DNA of 64,000 nt from Octopus bimaculoides (Eukaryota). Shown piece by piece: positions 25,199 through 39,490 of the stretch (its first letter is position 1; every line of letters starts with the position of its first letter). Both the position numbers and the translations under genes were made by a program. Under the pieces are notes generated by a model that was not told where the DNA came from, made no database searches, and worked only from the letters and a program-made list of their open reading frames with translations. The stretch lies in assembly GCF_001194135.2 (NCBI RefSeq), contig NC_068984.1:1704782-1768781 (forward strand), given 5' to 3'.

Positions 25199-25899
25199 GA
25201 CAGTGACTTTGAAGCTTTTGGCTTGCTCACCACTCTTTCTCTCTTTCTCTCATTGTGTGTGTGTGTCATCATTTTAATGTCTATTTTTCCCTGCTTGTAT
25301 GGGGCAGAGTTTTCTATGGCTGGGTCCCCTTCTACTTGCCAACATCCCCTTGTTTCCAAATGTGATAATTATTGAACATATATGTGTCATGATTTCAGTG
25401 TTCATATTCTATTGGTGGCATGGGTTAGATGAATTAAGCAAATTTTGTTGACCCCATAGGACTGCATTGAGCTTCAAATATCTGCTTTAGCCTGGTGTCT
25501 ATGGCTGGATACCCTCTTTAATGCCAACCACTTGATAGTGCATAGTTTTCTGGTGGCATTAGCGCTAGTGAGGTCACCAAAATAGCTTGTAAGACAAGAC
25601 CACTTGACCAAGTAAGAATGCAGTATTGAGAGAGGTGACTTTGTCCCAGGTGTTGAGCTGCTACAATATGATAGAGGGACAAGAACAGGGGTCTTACTGT
25701 AGAGGAAATACACGCCATACTCCCTGCTGGTCAAAAAGAAAAGATGGTGGAAATGAAGTATCAAGGTATTCCTTCCCAGTGCAAAACACAATATATGTAA
25801 TAAGGAAAATACATTCCTCTACTCAATGTCTCCCACTCTCCCTTCACGCCCTCTCGAACTTACCTGCACACAATAAGATATTGATATAAAATGGATTTT

Positions 25900-26160
25900 A
25901 TAAAACACTTTGCTTGATGTGTTTGATGAAAGGTTTTTAGTCTGTCTGCTGCCGGAAGAAATGTCTCAAGAAGTATTGGGCTTTATGTTGACATTTTCCC
26001 ATCTTTTGTTAGAACTGTAGAGATTAAGGGTTCTGGCCATTGCTTGATTCTTGATATCGAAGTGACATTTTCAGTTCATCTTTAATTAATCTCAATGTAT
26101 TTTTATTGAAATATTTGTGATACTTTTGTAAATTTTGGGAAAGCTTATTTTATAAAACCA
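25900..26160 (-). mobile_element. Degenerate Penelope-like coding remnant
   Basis: With one frameshift reads FPK.LQKYHKYFNKNTLRL, resembling the FPKxHKxHKIFNRNT motif of PLE ORFs. Confidence 0.4.
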
Positions 26161-26410
26161 ATAAATTCGTGTGTGTGTGTGTGTGTGTGTGTAAATAATC
26201 ATCAACATTGATTTTTTTTTTCGTGCTTGCACTGGTCAGTCAGTTTATTGAAGCAGAATATTTTACGGTTGGATGCTCATTTTGTTGCTAGCCTTCCACT
26301 GTTTCTAAGGAAAGTAAATATCCACATAGACAGGCATACTATTTATATCTATCATGTGATAGTTGTAAATGATACTCATTTGTGACTATCACATGATGTC
26401 GAGTTAAGGA

Positions 26411-26456
<46 letters not shown>

Positions 26457-26856
26457 GATTACCCCAATGCTTACATAATCATTAACTATTTCTGAAATGT
26501 TACCCTGTCAAGAATAGTGTTGTTTGAATTACATCTGAGTTTAGAAACATTTCAAAGTTTTGATGATTAAAAACATGTCAATTTGTGCAAGGTAGACTTA
26601 GTCAAAGGATGAGAAAACTGATTTAAATCTGCAGCAGGGATTCACCACATCATTCCATATGAGCCACAAGTTGTTAATATTTACCGATGATAATGATGAC
26701 AATGACGGATCCTTTTAAAGTGATCCTTTAGAATGACACACTTTATTAGAATGTTACACGAGAGAACAACATCTTCACTTTGTTACTTATCTCATTATTT
26801 CTAGACAAACCAAAAGATTAAGAGTTGGCACTGAGAGTCATATAATGTGTGTGTGT

Positions 26857-26889
<33 letters not shown>

Positions 26890-28853
26890 TACATCTCTTC
26901 TCCTGCTTCAGCCACCCTTATTTCTTCCATCTCCCCTTTACTGATATTTACTATCAACCACACTTCCACCCTTGTTTCATTTATTACATTCACCTCTACC
27001 CTCTCGCCATCTCTAATCACCTGTTGCGTGACGCATCTTACTCTCTAATGAACTTACCCCCTCCAATTCTCTGTCCACATTCTCTCTTACAATTGTCTTC
27101 TTTTGTCTTGAAAGTTCTTCTTGACACCTCATCATCATCATCATCATCATCATCACCATTATTGTCTTCTTTCCAGCTTTAGTCGTACACCTTTACATGA
27201 TGTGGGGTAGCCGTGTATCTCCTCTGTAGCATCCCACCTGTGCCTGCCCCCCGCCCCTACACCTCACACAATGGTCACCATCCTTCACAGCTGACCAACT
27301 GAGAAGTCTTTCCCTTGGTCTTGCTGACCTCACTAGTGCCGCTGTCATGCAAAAGATGCACCCAGTTCACTCTGCAAAGTGGATGGCACTAGTAAGGGCT
27401 CCCAGTCATAGAAGCCATGCCAAAGCAGACATTGGTGCTGGATGCAGTCCTCTCACTTATAAAGTCAAAAGCAAATAACTCACCAAGGTGTTTGGGTGTT
27501 TAGGGAGGAAGATTTGGTATTCCTTCCCAGCAATGGATTAAATGATTAGACGATAAGTGTTAATCTTTTATAGTCATTTTCTATTTTTACCATGCATAAA
27601 TGCAACCAATTAATCCCCCCACACACACACCTTTTACCTGTACTTTCAGCAGCATTCACCTAAGGTGGGTTGAGCTGGCTCCAGCTGAGTTCACCACGTC
27701 CCTCACAAATGCTGACCACATCCAATGGTCAACCCTAGCATTCCAGCAGGCAACAGTAATGCTTCTTCTGGCTGTGGCCTGAATATCTTAGCTTGCAATT
27801 TTGACAATTATCATCCCACTGGCAGAGCAAGCGTGTCAGACAGTGTAGACACTTTCTGATTGTTTTTTGAACAAGCTTTTTTATTTTACTACTGTTTCAG
27901 TTCATTGCTTTGTTATTTTAACATTTCTAAAATTATTTCCAGGGGAGGAGAAACGTAACATGATAGAAAACATTATTATTGATAGAGATCAATATAGTGA
28001 TACATTGATCTGTTAGGTCATATGTAACATCTGATGGCCTTGTTCCCCCTGTGTTATCCATCAAGTTTTCTTGATACATTATGGCTGTATTAGTGTTCCA
28101 TATATTCCTCTGAAGTTGGGGAAGTTGACTTGGTACCTATTAACAGCTAAGTGAACTGAGCCATTTGAGAGTTAAGTGTCTTAACCACTGTTACAACACA
28201 TTGGTGATGATGCATTGGGAATCAGCGATCTTATGCCTACCTGGCTATCTGCTATCTCAGCCCTAACCCCAACCACACTATGTGAATATATTAACTTGTT
28301 CACAAAACAGGAACACGTCTCTGGTTGATGCAATCGACTTCAACCCAACCCCTCGAATTCCTGGCCGTGTGGCAAAATTTGGACCAATTATTACAGGTGG
28401 TGGGTTGGCAGAATTGTCTGACTGTCAGATGAACTGCCTTGCTGTATATTTAGTAATGACTTTACATTCCAGGTTCAATTCCCTGTAAGACTAACTTTAC
28501 CTTTCATACTCTGGGGTTGATAAAATACTGTAGATGTGTGTGGGGGGGGGGAATGGCAATTTAATCAGTTGACATTGGTGTCTCCAGAGTTCTTCAGGCA
28601 ACAGGCTATGACTGAAGATCCTCAATGAAGATTCTAAAACGGCAGTGAACTAGCAGAACCATTAATGCATTGGACAGAGGGCCCAGTGGCATTTCTTCCA
28701 ACTTGTTATGTTCTGGATTCAAATCTTGCCAAAGTCAACTTTGTCTTTTATCCTTTTGGGGTCAATACAGATAAAAGACCAATCAAGTTGTCAGGTTGAT
28801 CCTATCAACTAAACCCATCCCCACAAATTGCAGGCTTTGTGCCAAAATTTGAA

Positions 28854-28874
<21 letters not shown>

Positions 28875-28885
<11 letters not shown>

Positions 28886-29350
28886 TGGGTAAGGAAGCAG
28901 TGCATGCCATCAAAGTGATGCTGAGGTAAAATATGCGAATCCTAGTATATACAAAGCCCAGACTACCCTTTTGATAAGGCTACACCAGGCACATGCATCA
29001 CAATCATATGTGCGCGACATGGTGATCTCATATCAAGACAAACAGTGCATAACCTTGCAGGTGGGACCCAATTAGAATTTCTTCAGGTCGAGTAGCCCAT
29101 CTCGCTCAAAAGGTCCCTGAATAAGGGTTGTTTAAGGATGATAAATGAAACCCCCATGTTTCCAGAGGGGAATTATTCAAACCCCAAAGAATTCCTCTCA
29201 ACACATAGCTATGATGCTCCCCCACTACTTCTGCTCGTGATCAGAGATGCACATATCGTCAGCCACCAAGGGACATGCTCAACCGGTTACGGTCAAGCAA
29301 CTGACTAGCAAATCTGTGCTATTGAGCTGAATATTTGCTGTAGCCCATCT
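28875..29350 (-). repeat. Unclassified interspersed repeat with (AAT)n tail
   Basis: Shared cagtgcatgccatcaaagtg...gataagggtacaccaggcacatgcat; partial copies at 30490-30608 and 40436-40580. Confidence 0.65.
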
Positions 29351-31211
29351 TTTATTTTTTTGTTGTTGTTCATGACATTTGCATATTGTTTGACTAAATG
29401 TTTGGTTTTATAAACAAGATTTCATTTCGATTTCAAACCATCCCAACAAAGAATAATCTTGATAAATGGTGTCAGTCTCTCATCTGCCAACTTTCCCCTT
29501 TGCTAAGAGGATTCTTCCTTCTCCTAGAAATATTGAGAAAAGTTTAAACAGTGAAGTCCGGACACATGCCTGGCCATGTGGTTAAGGAGGATGCTTTGCA
29601 ATACAATGCTTTTGCATTCAGTCCCATTGCACAGACCCTTCGCCAAGTATCTTTTACTATCTTTTACTGGGCTGACCAATGTCTTCTGGGTGGATTTGGT
29701 CAGCAGAAACTGTGTGGAAGCCCATCATATGTATATAAATGTCTTTGTGTTTATCCCCCCCTCACTCCATACCACTGCTTGACAACCGGTGCTGGTTTGT
29801 TTACCTCCCCATAACTTAGCAGTTTGGCAAAATGGATCAATAGAATAAGTACTAGATTAATTAAAGAAAGATAAGTCCTGGGGTCAATTTGTTTGACTAA
29901 ACCCTTCAAAAGGGTGCCTCAGAATGGCTGCCATCCAATGACTGAAACGAGTAAAAGATTGAAGAAGTAATAAAGAAAGAAATACAGAAAAAGAGAATAA
30001 ATGAGTGAGAGAGAGAGAGTTTATTGGGTGTTGATTCTGTCTGTGTGGAGCAGAAATTATATATTTGCGAGATAAGGATCAACTTCTTCCTCTAGAAGAC
30101 AACTTTTAAATATTAACCAATATTAGATAATAACAATAAATACAAGAAACCCCTTTTATTCCTTTACCATTCTGTAATGAGCAAAAGGCACATGTCCGCA
30201 TGCACAAAGGCAGCAACAACTTGATGGTGTCATTGTACAAGACGACCTGCATCAGTTGTTAGCTGCCAAGACATTGCATCCTTTAAAACCTCCATGCTTC
30301 CTGAAATTCACCAACATGACACCTGACATCCCCTTCCCCCTCCATACGCATGCACACATGTATATCATGACTCATACACTGTTCACTTTCCTGACATTTA
30401 TACATAATTCTATGTACTGTACATACACACCTCTAATTAGTTGTAGTGCACCTGAGCACTATACACAAGAATTTCATTATTATTATTATTATTATTATTG
30501 GGTGAGAGAGCAGTGCATGCCATCAAAGTGACACTGGGGTAAAATATATGAAGCCCATTATACCCATCATGACTACCCGTCTGATAAGGGTACACCAGGC
30601 ACATGCATNNNNNNNNNNNNNNNNNNNNNNNNNNNNNNNNNNNNNNNNNNNNNNNNNNNNNNNNNNNNNNNNNNNNNNNNNNNNNNNNNNNNNNNNNNNN
30701 NNNNNNNNNNNNNNNNNNNNNNNNNNNNNNNNNNNNNNNNNNNNNNNNNNNNNNNNNNNNNNNNNNNNNNNNNNNNNNNNNNNNNNNNNNNNNNNNNNNN
30801 NNNNNNNNNNNNNNNNNNNNNNNNNNNNNNNNNNNNNNNNNNNNNNNNNNNNNNNNNNNNNNNNNNNNNNNNNNNNNNNNNNNNNNNNNNNNNNNNNNNN
30901 NNNNNNNNNNNNNNNNNNNNNNNNNNNNNNNNNNNNNNNNNNNNNNNNNNNNNNNNNNNNNNNNNNNNNNNNNNNNNNNNNNNNNNNNNNNNNNNNNNNN
31001 NNNNNNNNNNNNNNNNNNNNNNNNNNNNNNNNNNNNNNNNNNNNNNNNNNNNNNNNNNNNNNNNNNNNNNNNNNNNNNNNNNNNNNNNNNNNNNNNNNNN
31101 NNNNNNNNNNNNNNNNNNNNNNNNNNNNNNNNNNNNNNNNNNNNNNNNNNNNNNNNNNNNNNNNNNNNNNNNNNNNNNNNNNNNNNNNNNNNNNNNNNNN
31201 NNNNNNNNNNN

Positions 31212-31400
31212 NCAGCTTTTCTCTCAAGATACTTACACTCTGACGGGTATTCACATTGACATTACACATCCAACGGAGCATACTGGCTTCATTCCTTGCG
31301 AGCTTACGTATGTCCTCAGCAGTTACAGCCCATGTTTCACTGCCATGTAGCATGGTTGTTCGTACGCATGCGTCATACAGTCTGCCTTTTACTCTGAGTG
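31212..31400 (-). mobile_element. RTE ORF fragment abutting a gap
   Basis: LYDACVRTTMLHGSETWAVTAEDIRKLARNEASMLRWMCNV. Confidence 0.85.
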
Positions 31401-32169
31401 AGAGTATTATTATTATTATTATTATTACTATGGTAATAAGTCAGTGTTTGAGGTAAGTTTCTAATAAGACAGCATTAATTGAAACTGCCAAATGAAGTTG
31501 TTTCCATTCTTCCTGAAATCCACCAACACCACTCCCCACCCTGCTTATCCCCCTTTCATTGTTGCCTTTCTTTATTTCAATGTCTTTTTTCTGTTTCCTT
31601 TTTACCTTTTTTTAACGAGTTGTGTACCTGAGTACTGTTTACAGGTTTCTATTGCTTTGAACAATGAACAGCAAAACTGATCACCACATGACCCCCAGAG
31701 CAGAAAGGTTAAGGCTGCATTCCTTAGTGAAGGGAATTGGCCTGCAGGAGTCCTCTGTTGGTGCCATGCTAGAAGCACCCAACACACACTCTTGGAGTGG
31801 TTGGTGTTACGAAGAGCATCCAGCCATAGAAACGACGCCGAATCAGACTGGAATTTGGTGCTGCTCTCTGGCTTGTCAAACCTGGTTAAACTGTCTGACC
31901 TATGCCAGCATGGAAAATGGACGTTAAAGGATGGTGAGGATGAGGATATCTATATATCACAGTATCGACCAGACCATCAGAGTCTGTTATGCATCTCTGA
32001 TCACAATGCACTTCCTATTTTGTTTTGATTGCATCAGTCTTTTCCATCTTCACCCAAATTACTTAATCAAATCATCTTCTCCCCATTGTCGTGGAGGCCT
32101 TCCAAGAGGCCTTTTCTAGCCTCTTAGATGCCATTTATTGACTGCATGGGTCCACCTGTTGTCTGTGAA

Positions 32170-33165
32170 ACTTGAGACATCCCAACCCAGCAGAAATTGT
32201 GCTTTTGGCATTCTACAATCACTTTATTCACTCTGCTCCATTCTTGAATTACAGCTTTGTTAGCATGGTCTGCAGCTGGTCTGTGTTTTCAGCGAAGAGT
32301 ACAAGGTCATCTGCAAGTGAGAGGTGTGTTAGTGGCTTGCCCTTTATGGTCACATCACCTGTCCAGTGTTCTTGATGACTATTTCTAGACACGTGGTAAA
32401 GAGCTTTGGAGAGATGGTATCTCCTTCCTTGACATCTTCCTCATTTTGGGATCCTTACTGGTGGTGAAAGCAGAGCTATATCTCTTGTGCATCCAGAATT
32501 TGGATCTTTGATGTGCCTTGACACCTTGCCTTTCCAGAGATTTCAAAACTGCATTCATCTTGACACTGTCAAAAGCCTTTCCGTAATTAATGAATGCAAT
32601 TACCCAGAGGAAGGTTGTATTTGCTCATTCTATGAGCTGTGTTCGAGTGAATATGTGATCCATCTTAATAGGGTTCTTATGGAAACCTGTTTACTCCCTT
32701 GGCTGTTGGTCAACGAAATGCTTTGATAGTCTGCTGACTATGACCTTTGTAAACAGCTTATAGAAACGAGACAAGAGACATAAGGTGTGGGGGGGGGGCA
32801 TCGTTTTTTAAAAATCTTCTATATAACTTTTCTAACGAAGCAGGGTGGTATTTGACCCTTTCCACGGTGAGGCTATTTTACCTTCCTTCAGATAGTGATC
32901 GATGCATAGAACGAGGATTTTTGCAGCTCTTCACATCCACAGCTTAACATCTCTGTTGTGATGCCATCTTTCCCAGGAGCTTTTGTGAGTTTGAGGGCAT
33001 TTTCAACTTCATTGATCTTATTAGGTGGAACTTCTTCCAGCATTTGTGGATCAAGCTTCACTGATGATTTTAAGAAGTTCGTGTAGAAGGCTTTGTATAC
33101 TTCCTCTAGCTCCCCTTTGTCACTGTGAGCTCATCCTTGTTCTTAAGCGCCATCACCTCCGACCT
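32170..33165 (-). mobile_element. Decayed RTE-clade reverse transcriptase fragment (second family)
   Basis: KAPGKDGITTEML near 32960 and AFINYGKAFDSV near 32580. Confidence 0.75.
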
Positions 33166-33356
33166 GTGTATATATATATATATATATATATCATCATCAT
33201 CATCATCATCATCGTTTAACGTCCGCTTTCCATGCTAGCATGGGTTGGACGATTTGACTGAGGACTGGTGAAACTGGATGGCAACACCAGGCTCCAATCT
33301 AAATTTGGCAGAGTTTCTACAGCTGGATGCCCTTCCTAACGCCAACCACTCAGAGA

Positions 33357-33396
<40 letters not shown>

Positions 33397-33411
33397 NNNN
33401 NNNNNNAGAGA

Positions 33412-33447
<36 letters not shown>

Positions 33448-36289
33448 CGAGACCTCTGGGGATATGCTGTGACTGAGAAGACCCTGCAAATAAAGTGAGT
33501 TCACAGCTGTAACCTACACCGGTGTCACATAACCAGCCCACTCAAAAGTACCTTGGATTGTAGGGCGATACGCTGTGCTTGAGGAGACCTATTGAGTCAA
33601 GTACGTCAAAATCAAAACCAAAATCAAATGGAAATTGTAGTTTGTGGTTCCTGTATTGGTGGCACATAAAAAACACCATCCGAATGTGACCGATGCCAGC
33701 ACCACCCTGACTGGCTCCTGTGCTGGTAGCACATAAAAAGCACCATCTGATCATGGTTGATGCCAGCCCCCTCTGAACCCTGTGCCGGTGGCACATAAAA
33801 AGAGCACCCACTACACTCTCAGAGTGGTTGGCGCTAGGAAAGGCATCAAGCTGTAGAAACCAAGCCAAATCAGATTGGAACATGGTGCAGCCTCCTGGCT
33901 TGCCAGTCCTCAGTCAAACCATCCAACCCATGCCAGAATGGAAAGTGGATGTTAAAAGATGATGATGATGATAATGATACTATAATATGCTATGTATGAA
34001 TAAGTTACAAGCATACAATGGATCCTAGGCACATCAACACACAGGAGATCAGAAATGGCTGGGTACAATAACCTGGACTTGACAGTGAGGTAAACAACAA
34101 TGAGGGCATCGAATGCTGATAGAATATTGAAGATATGTAAGTACCAAATCCAATTTAAACCATAGATCTCACTCTGGGGTTGGTTCCAGGTGTGTGTGTG
34201 TACTTGTTCAGAGCTGACCTGGGGTTAAAAAGCAACAGCTAAACTTCTTTTCAAAACTAGATTTCATTAATTCATTTTAATGTATTGTAGGAGTTATCCT
34301 CCTTCGAATAAAACCCTAACAACCCCCGCAAACCTAATTCATTCCCTTTTCCTCAGGGAACATCTAATACGGCCTTCAGATAGCCAGTAAATCTCAAATC
34401 ACACACTAGTAACTTACAAAAGGAAGGACACACTGGACAGTGATATTACAGATATACTGAAAGGTGGTGACGGTCACGTTTGGATAGTCTTCAGGCTCTG
34501 TTCAGTCAAGGCTGACTTGGCACTAAATAACAATACCACACAATTCAGAACCTAGCTGAATGATAAACACTTTATCACAATATTTACCATGATTTACAAG
34601 AGATTGAACTCTGGTAGATCAGCTTTACTCTTACTGCTATTGCAATGATGCTAGACACCACCTGTATTAGTTCTTACCTATTATTGAACACTGGGTCTTG
34701 GAATTCTCTTGTGCTGTGTTCCGTGTCATTTAATGTCAATTAATTACCTCTTTAGATGTTCCTTTAACAGCAATTGGGTCTCACAGTGGACAAAGAATCT
34801 GGTATTTCTGCTAGAATATGAAGAATATATTGTAAGTGAACGATGCCAACAGATTTCTATGTGAGTTCTACAAATTCTTCATCTCGGGATGCTACCAAAA
34901 CTGTATTGATATCACTCAAACATATCTCAGCCTCTCACCTGCCAGGTAGATTGTTGTTATCTCTCTTATCATCATCATCATCGTTTAATGTTCTTCTTTA
35001 ATGTTACCACAGTGGCCTCATTTCCTCAGAGCTGGCTGGTTTCATGTCCCATCAACCACTTTCACCTCACTCATCTCTCCTCCTCTCATCACCTGTCTTG
35101 TGTTCACCTCCCCACCATATCCCACACTAACTCCTATAACCATTCCTTCTTCCCCAGACCTTCCTTCTGGAGCCCCTTCTCATGACTTTCCACCTTGTGT
35201 CAGCTTAGATAGAATATTACCAAACCCTCCCTCTTACTGGTCCCAAATGGCTTGTGATGACTGTGGGCTCTGCTCCTTCCTCCTGACCCAGCAAGCAAAA
35301 ATAATTAGCAAAAAATTTCTTTTTTTTTCTATGCCACAAAAGTTGCCACAAATCTTGGCCTGTTATGATTTAAAAGGGATTACTTGTTCCCTTTGTGAGG
35401 AGAGAGGGTTACAAATATTTAACCCCCGTAAAACAAATATCAACAGCAGGGGGGCAAAATGCCTTGCTCTGTTTGTTCCATCTCTTTACATTCTCAGTTC
35501 AAATTCTGCCAAATTCTTTTCCTTTCCCCAAGATCCATAAGAATCAGCCAAGAACTGGCATTGATTTGATTCTTTTCCTCTTCTTAACAATTTTGAGCAG
35601 ACGTTCATCATCATCATCGTCATAATCATCATCATACACCCAATTTCCATGCTGGCATGGGTTGGACGGTTTGACTGAGGACTGGTCAGCTGGGGAGCCG
35701 CACCAGGTTTCAGTCTGGTTTGGCATGGTCTTTACGGCTAGATGCCCTTCCTAACACCAACCACTCAGAGAATGTAATGGGTGCTTTTTTGCATGCCACT
35801 GGCACGGGTGCCAGCTGTGCAAGACTGGCATCAGCCACGACTACAGTCTCACTTGGCTTGACCGGTCCTCTCAAGCATGGCATATCGCCAAAGGTTTTGG
35901 TCACCTGTCACTGCTCCCACGAGGCTCAATGCTTGAATGGTGCTTTTCATGTGCCACTGGCACAGGTGCCAGTTTCATGACACTGGCATCGGCCATGACT
36001 ATGAGTTCACTTGGCTTGACCGGTCCTCTCAAGCATGGCATGTCACCAAAGGTCTCAAAAGGTTGCAAATTATTATTATTTGGTGAGCTAGCAGAATCGA
36101 TAGAGTGTTAGTATAAAATACTTTGAAGCATTTGCTTCAACTCTTTCTATACATTCTGAATTCAAATCTTACTAAAGTCAACTTGGCCTTTCATCTCCCT
36201 GCAGTCAGTGCTATCAGCTAACCTCTTTCCCCCCAAATTGCTGGCCTTGTGCCAAATCGTTAGCATCATAATCCTTTTTATTATTATTA

Positions 36290-36545
36290 TTATAGACGTT
36301 GCACAGTATACAATATCGTGATGTTGTTGATTGAAGATATTGCGTCTACCAGGGGGTTTGTACTGTTTGTCAAGTCACAACAAGGACCTCCGACAGACAG
36401 TACTTTACACAATATGTGTGCAGTTCCTAGTAATGTCAACTTTTGCAGTACATCTAGATTGTGGGGGTATTTCTAAGGTTTTCAGATTTTTTTGTTTTAG
36501 ATTGGGTGGTATTGAACCCAATGCTCTGATGACAATAATTATTAT
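36290..36545 (-). mobile_element. 3' end of an R4/Dong-type element
   Basis: Reverse-complement match to 58560-58800, including the end of the ORF and the (AAT)n tail. Confidence 0.8.
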
Positions 36546-37426
36546 AATTACTTAAGGCAGAAAACTGGTGGAATCGTTAGCATGCCAGGAAAATTGCTTG
36601 GCATCATTTCGTCCATCTTCATGTTCTGAGTTCAAATATTGCCGAAGTGGACTTTCCTTTCATCCTTTCAGGGTAGATAAAGTAATAATAATAATAATAA
36701 TCCTTTCTACTATAGGCACAAGGCGTGAAATATGGGAGTAGGCGATAAGTCAATTACATCGACCCCAGTGTTATTGACCCCGAAACGATGAAAGGTAAAG
36801 TTGACCTCGTCAGAATTTGAACTCCGAACATAGCGATGGGTGAAATACCACTAAGCATTTCGTCCAGCGTGCTGACAATTCTGCCAGTTTGTTGCCTTAA
36901 TAATGATAATAATAATCATAATAATAATAATAATAATAATAATGTTTTCAAAAAACATGAAATCCAAAGTTGATTAAGGGTGAATTTGTACTCAGAACAT
37001 AGAGTTGGAAGAAACATTAATCATTTCTTCTGATGCTCTAATGTTTCTGGCAGCTTGCTGCAACAACCACCACCACAACAACAACAATAATAACAATCCT
37101 ATCTAGTAAAGGCACAAGGCCTGAAATTTGGGGGGAGGTGGGTTCTAGTCGATTACATTGACCCCAGTGCTTGACTGGTACAAAGTTGATGTGTGCAGCA
37201 TTTGAACTCAGAACATAAGGACAGACAAAATACTGCTAAATATTTCATCTGGCATTACCCTTTAGTTTCTAGCAGCTTGATGCCTTGAAAACTACAGTAA
37301 TAATAATGACAATAATAATAATAATAATTATAATAATGTGCATTATTTACATTTTTTTTTTTTTTTTTTTTTTTTCTTTTCAAAGTTTCAGCTCAGAGCT
37401 GCGGCCATGCTGATGCACCACCGTGG

Positions 37427-37565
37427 CATTATTTACATTTGATGGATATTTGTCCTCATCTTGTTTGTTGTTAACACAACGTTTCGGCTGATATACCCTC
37501 CAGCCTTCATCAGGTGTCTTGGGGAAATTTTGAACCTGGGTTCTTATTCCTAAGGTATTTTTCGA

Positions 37566-37624
<59 letters not shown>

Positions 37625-37682
37625 TCGCTGCCTGGAATCGAACTCGGAATCTTGGGGGTTAGTAGCCCATGCTCTTAACCAC
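37427..37682 (-). mobile_element. Solo Penelope terminal repeat: truncated tRNA-like head, (AAT)n, hammerhead
   Basis: Same family as 16058-16741. Intact hammerhead at 37473-37518, B box GTTCGATTCC present, A box truncated. Confidence 0.8.
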
Positions 37683-37822
37683 ATTAATAATGTGGTTTTG
37701 TGGGATAGAATATCCTGCAATGACCTAAAATGATGACAAAAATAGTTTTAAGAAAACTAATTTTTTTATTTCTTTAAAAAAAATAACAAAACTGGGAGAA
37801 AGAGTAAAAGACTGAAAGATCT

Positions 37823-37978
37823 TCAGTTAATGGTTTGTTGAATCCAGTTTAAATAATGTCGTACATTTGTGTAGACACCAGGGGAATGAGGTCTGGAACA
37901 TCCCATTCCATAAGAGACAATACCAGTCAGTACCCAACGATTGTTTGATGGACATATCAAGGGTCCTCCAGAATCTCC
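37823..37978 (-). CDS. S1 serine protease exon 6 (catalytic Ser, stop codon)
   Basis: Acceptor ttttcag; [51 protein letters not shown]-stop; AATAAA on minus at 37765-37770. Confidence 0.95.
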   Translation of the reverse strand, partial: GDSGGPLICPSNNRWVLTGIVSYGMGCSRPHSPGVYTNVRHYLNWIQQTIN

Positions 37979-38639
37979 CTGAAAAAAAACAACAAAATCC
38001 ATTAAAAGGTTAAAGGTTAACAGAAGCCATATAACATAAGGTTGTATCAGATGTAAATCTTAGTGATAACATTTCAACTCAGAATATAAAATGGTGCAAC
38101 TAAATGCTGCAAGCTGTTTTGCCCACTTCTCCCTTTCTCTGCCATTTCACTGTCTAGGGAAGCACTAGTAGTAGTAGTAGTAGTATTAGGTTGTTCTGAA
38201 ATTAATGGCCGATTTCAGAAACAATTTTATTCTGGAAAAATTAACAATAGAAATGTTTTGATTAGTCAAAGTATGAGCCATGAACATCTATGCATTGCTG
38301 GCATCGATCAACGAGATTATTTATGCTTCGTTGCTAAGAAATCATTGAAAGCTGATTCCACCTCTGGTTTGGAACTGAAAGTTTTATCACTTAAGAACGT
38401 GTTTAAATGCTTAAAAAAAATGGTAGTCAGTGGGTGAACGATCAGGAGAATATGGAGAATGTGGTAAAGTCTCATATCCCAAGTCTGTGAGTTTCTGTAG
38501 CGTCATTCTTGCAACATGTAGCTTTGCATTACCATGGAGCAGAATTGGGCCACACTGATTCACCAATGCAGATCTCATCTTTTGCAAGTGAGTTGATTGC
38601 GGTAAGCCTCTGCTGTAATGCTCTGATTGGCTTCCAAAA

Positions 38640-39490
38640 AGCTGTAATGGACAACACCAATTGCAGACCACGGTGGAGCTGCAAATGGACCGCACCAACA
38701 GCAGACCACGGCACAGCTGTAAATGGACGACACCAACTGCAGACCACGGCGGAGCTGCAAATGGACGACACCAACTGCAGACCACGGCAGAGCTGCAAAT
38801 GAATCACACCAACTGCAGACCACGGCAGAGCTGCAAAAGGACCACACCAACTGCAGACCACGGCAGAGCTGCAAATGGACTACTTCAATTGCAGACCACT
38901 GTGGAGCTACAAATGGACCACACCAACTGCAAACCACGGCAGAGCTGCAAATGGATCACACCAAATGCAGACCACGGCAGAGCTGCAAATGGAGCACACC
39001 GACTGCAGACCATGGCAAAGCTGCAAATGGACCACGGCAGAGCTGCAAATGGACTACATCAATTGCAGACCACTGTGGAGCTACAAATGGACCACACCAA
39101 CTGCAAACCACGGCAGAGCTGCAAATGGATCACACCAAATGCAGACCATGGCAGAGCTGCAAATGGAGTACACTGACTGCAGACCACAGCAGAGCTGCAA
39201 ATGGACCACACCAACTGCACACCACGGCGGAGCTACAAATGGACCACACCAACTGCAGACCACGGCAGAGCTGCAAAAGGACCACACCAACTGCAGACCA
39301 CGGCAGAGCTGCAAAAGGACCACACCAACTGCAGACCACGACAGAGCTGCAAATGGACCACACCAACTGCAGACAATGGCAGAGCTGTAATGGACAACAC
39401 CAGCTGCAGATCACAACAAAGCTGTAATGGAGAACAGTAATTGCTGTCCACAACCAAGCTGTAAGGGACAACACCAACTTCCAGACCACC
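38640..39490. repeat. 38-bp minisatellite, about 22 units, inside the mariner ORF
   Basis: Unit gcagaccacggcagagctgcaaatggaccacaccaact; lacks stops in most frames, which explains the stacked ORFs in the track. Confidence 0.95.

Noticed and set aside
34771-34831. Lone 61-nt exon-like segment (tttaacag...att|gtaagt, reading NWVSQWTKNLVFLLEYEEYI)
   Set aside because: No partner exons or recognisable homology; such site pairs arise by chance
37677-37697. Small palindrome at the 5' junction of the solo Penelope repeat
   Set aside because: Half of it is probably target-site sequence (taataatgtg also at 37331-37340), so it is not reliable evidence of an inversion junction
38640-39490. CRISPR-like array
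   Set aside because: Repeats are contiguous with no unique spacers, and the DNA is eukaryotic
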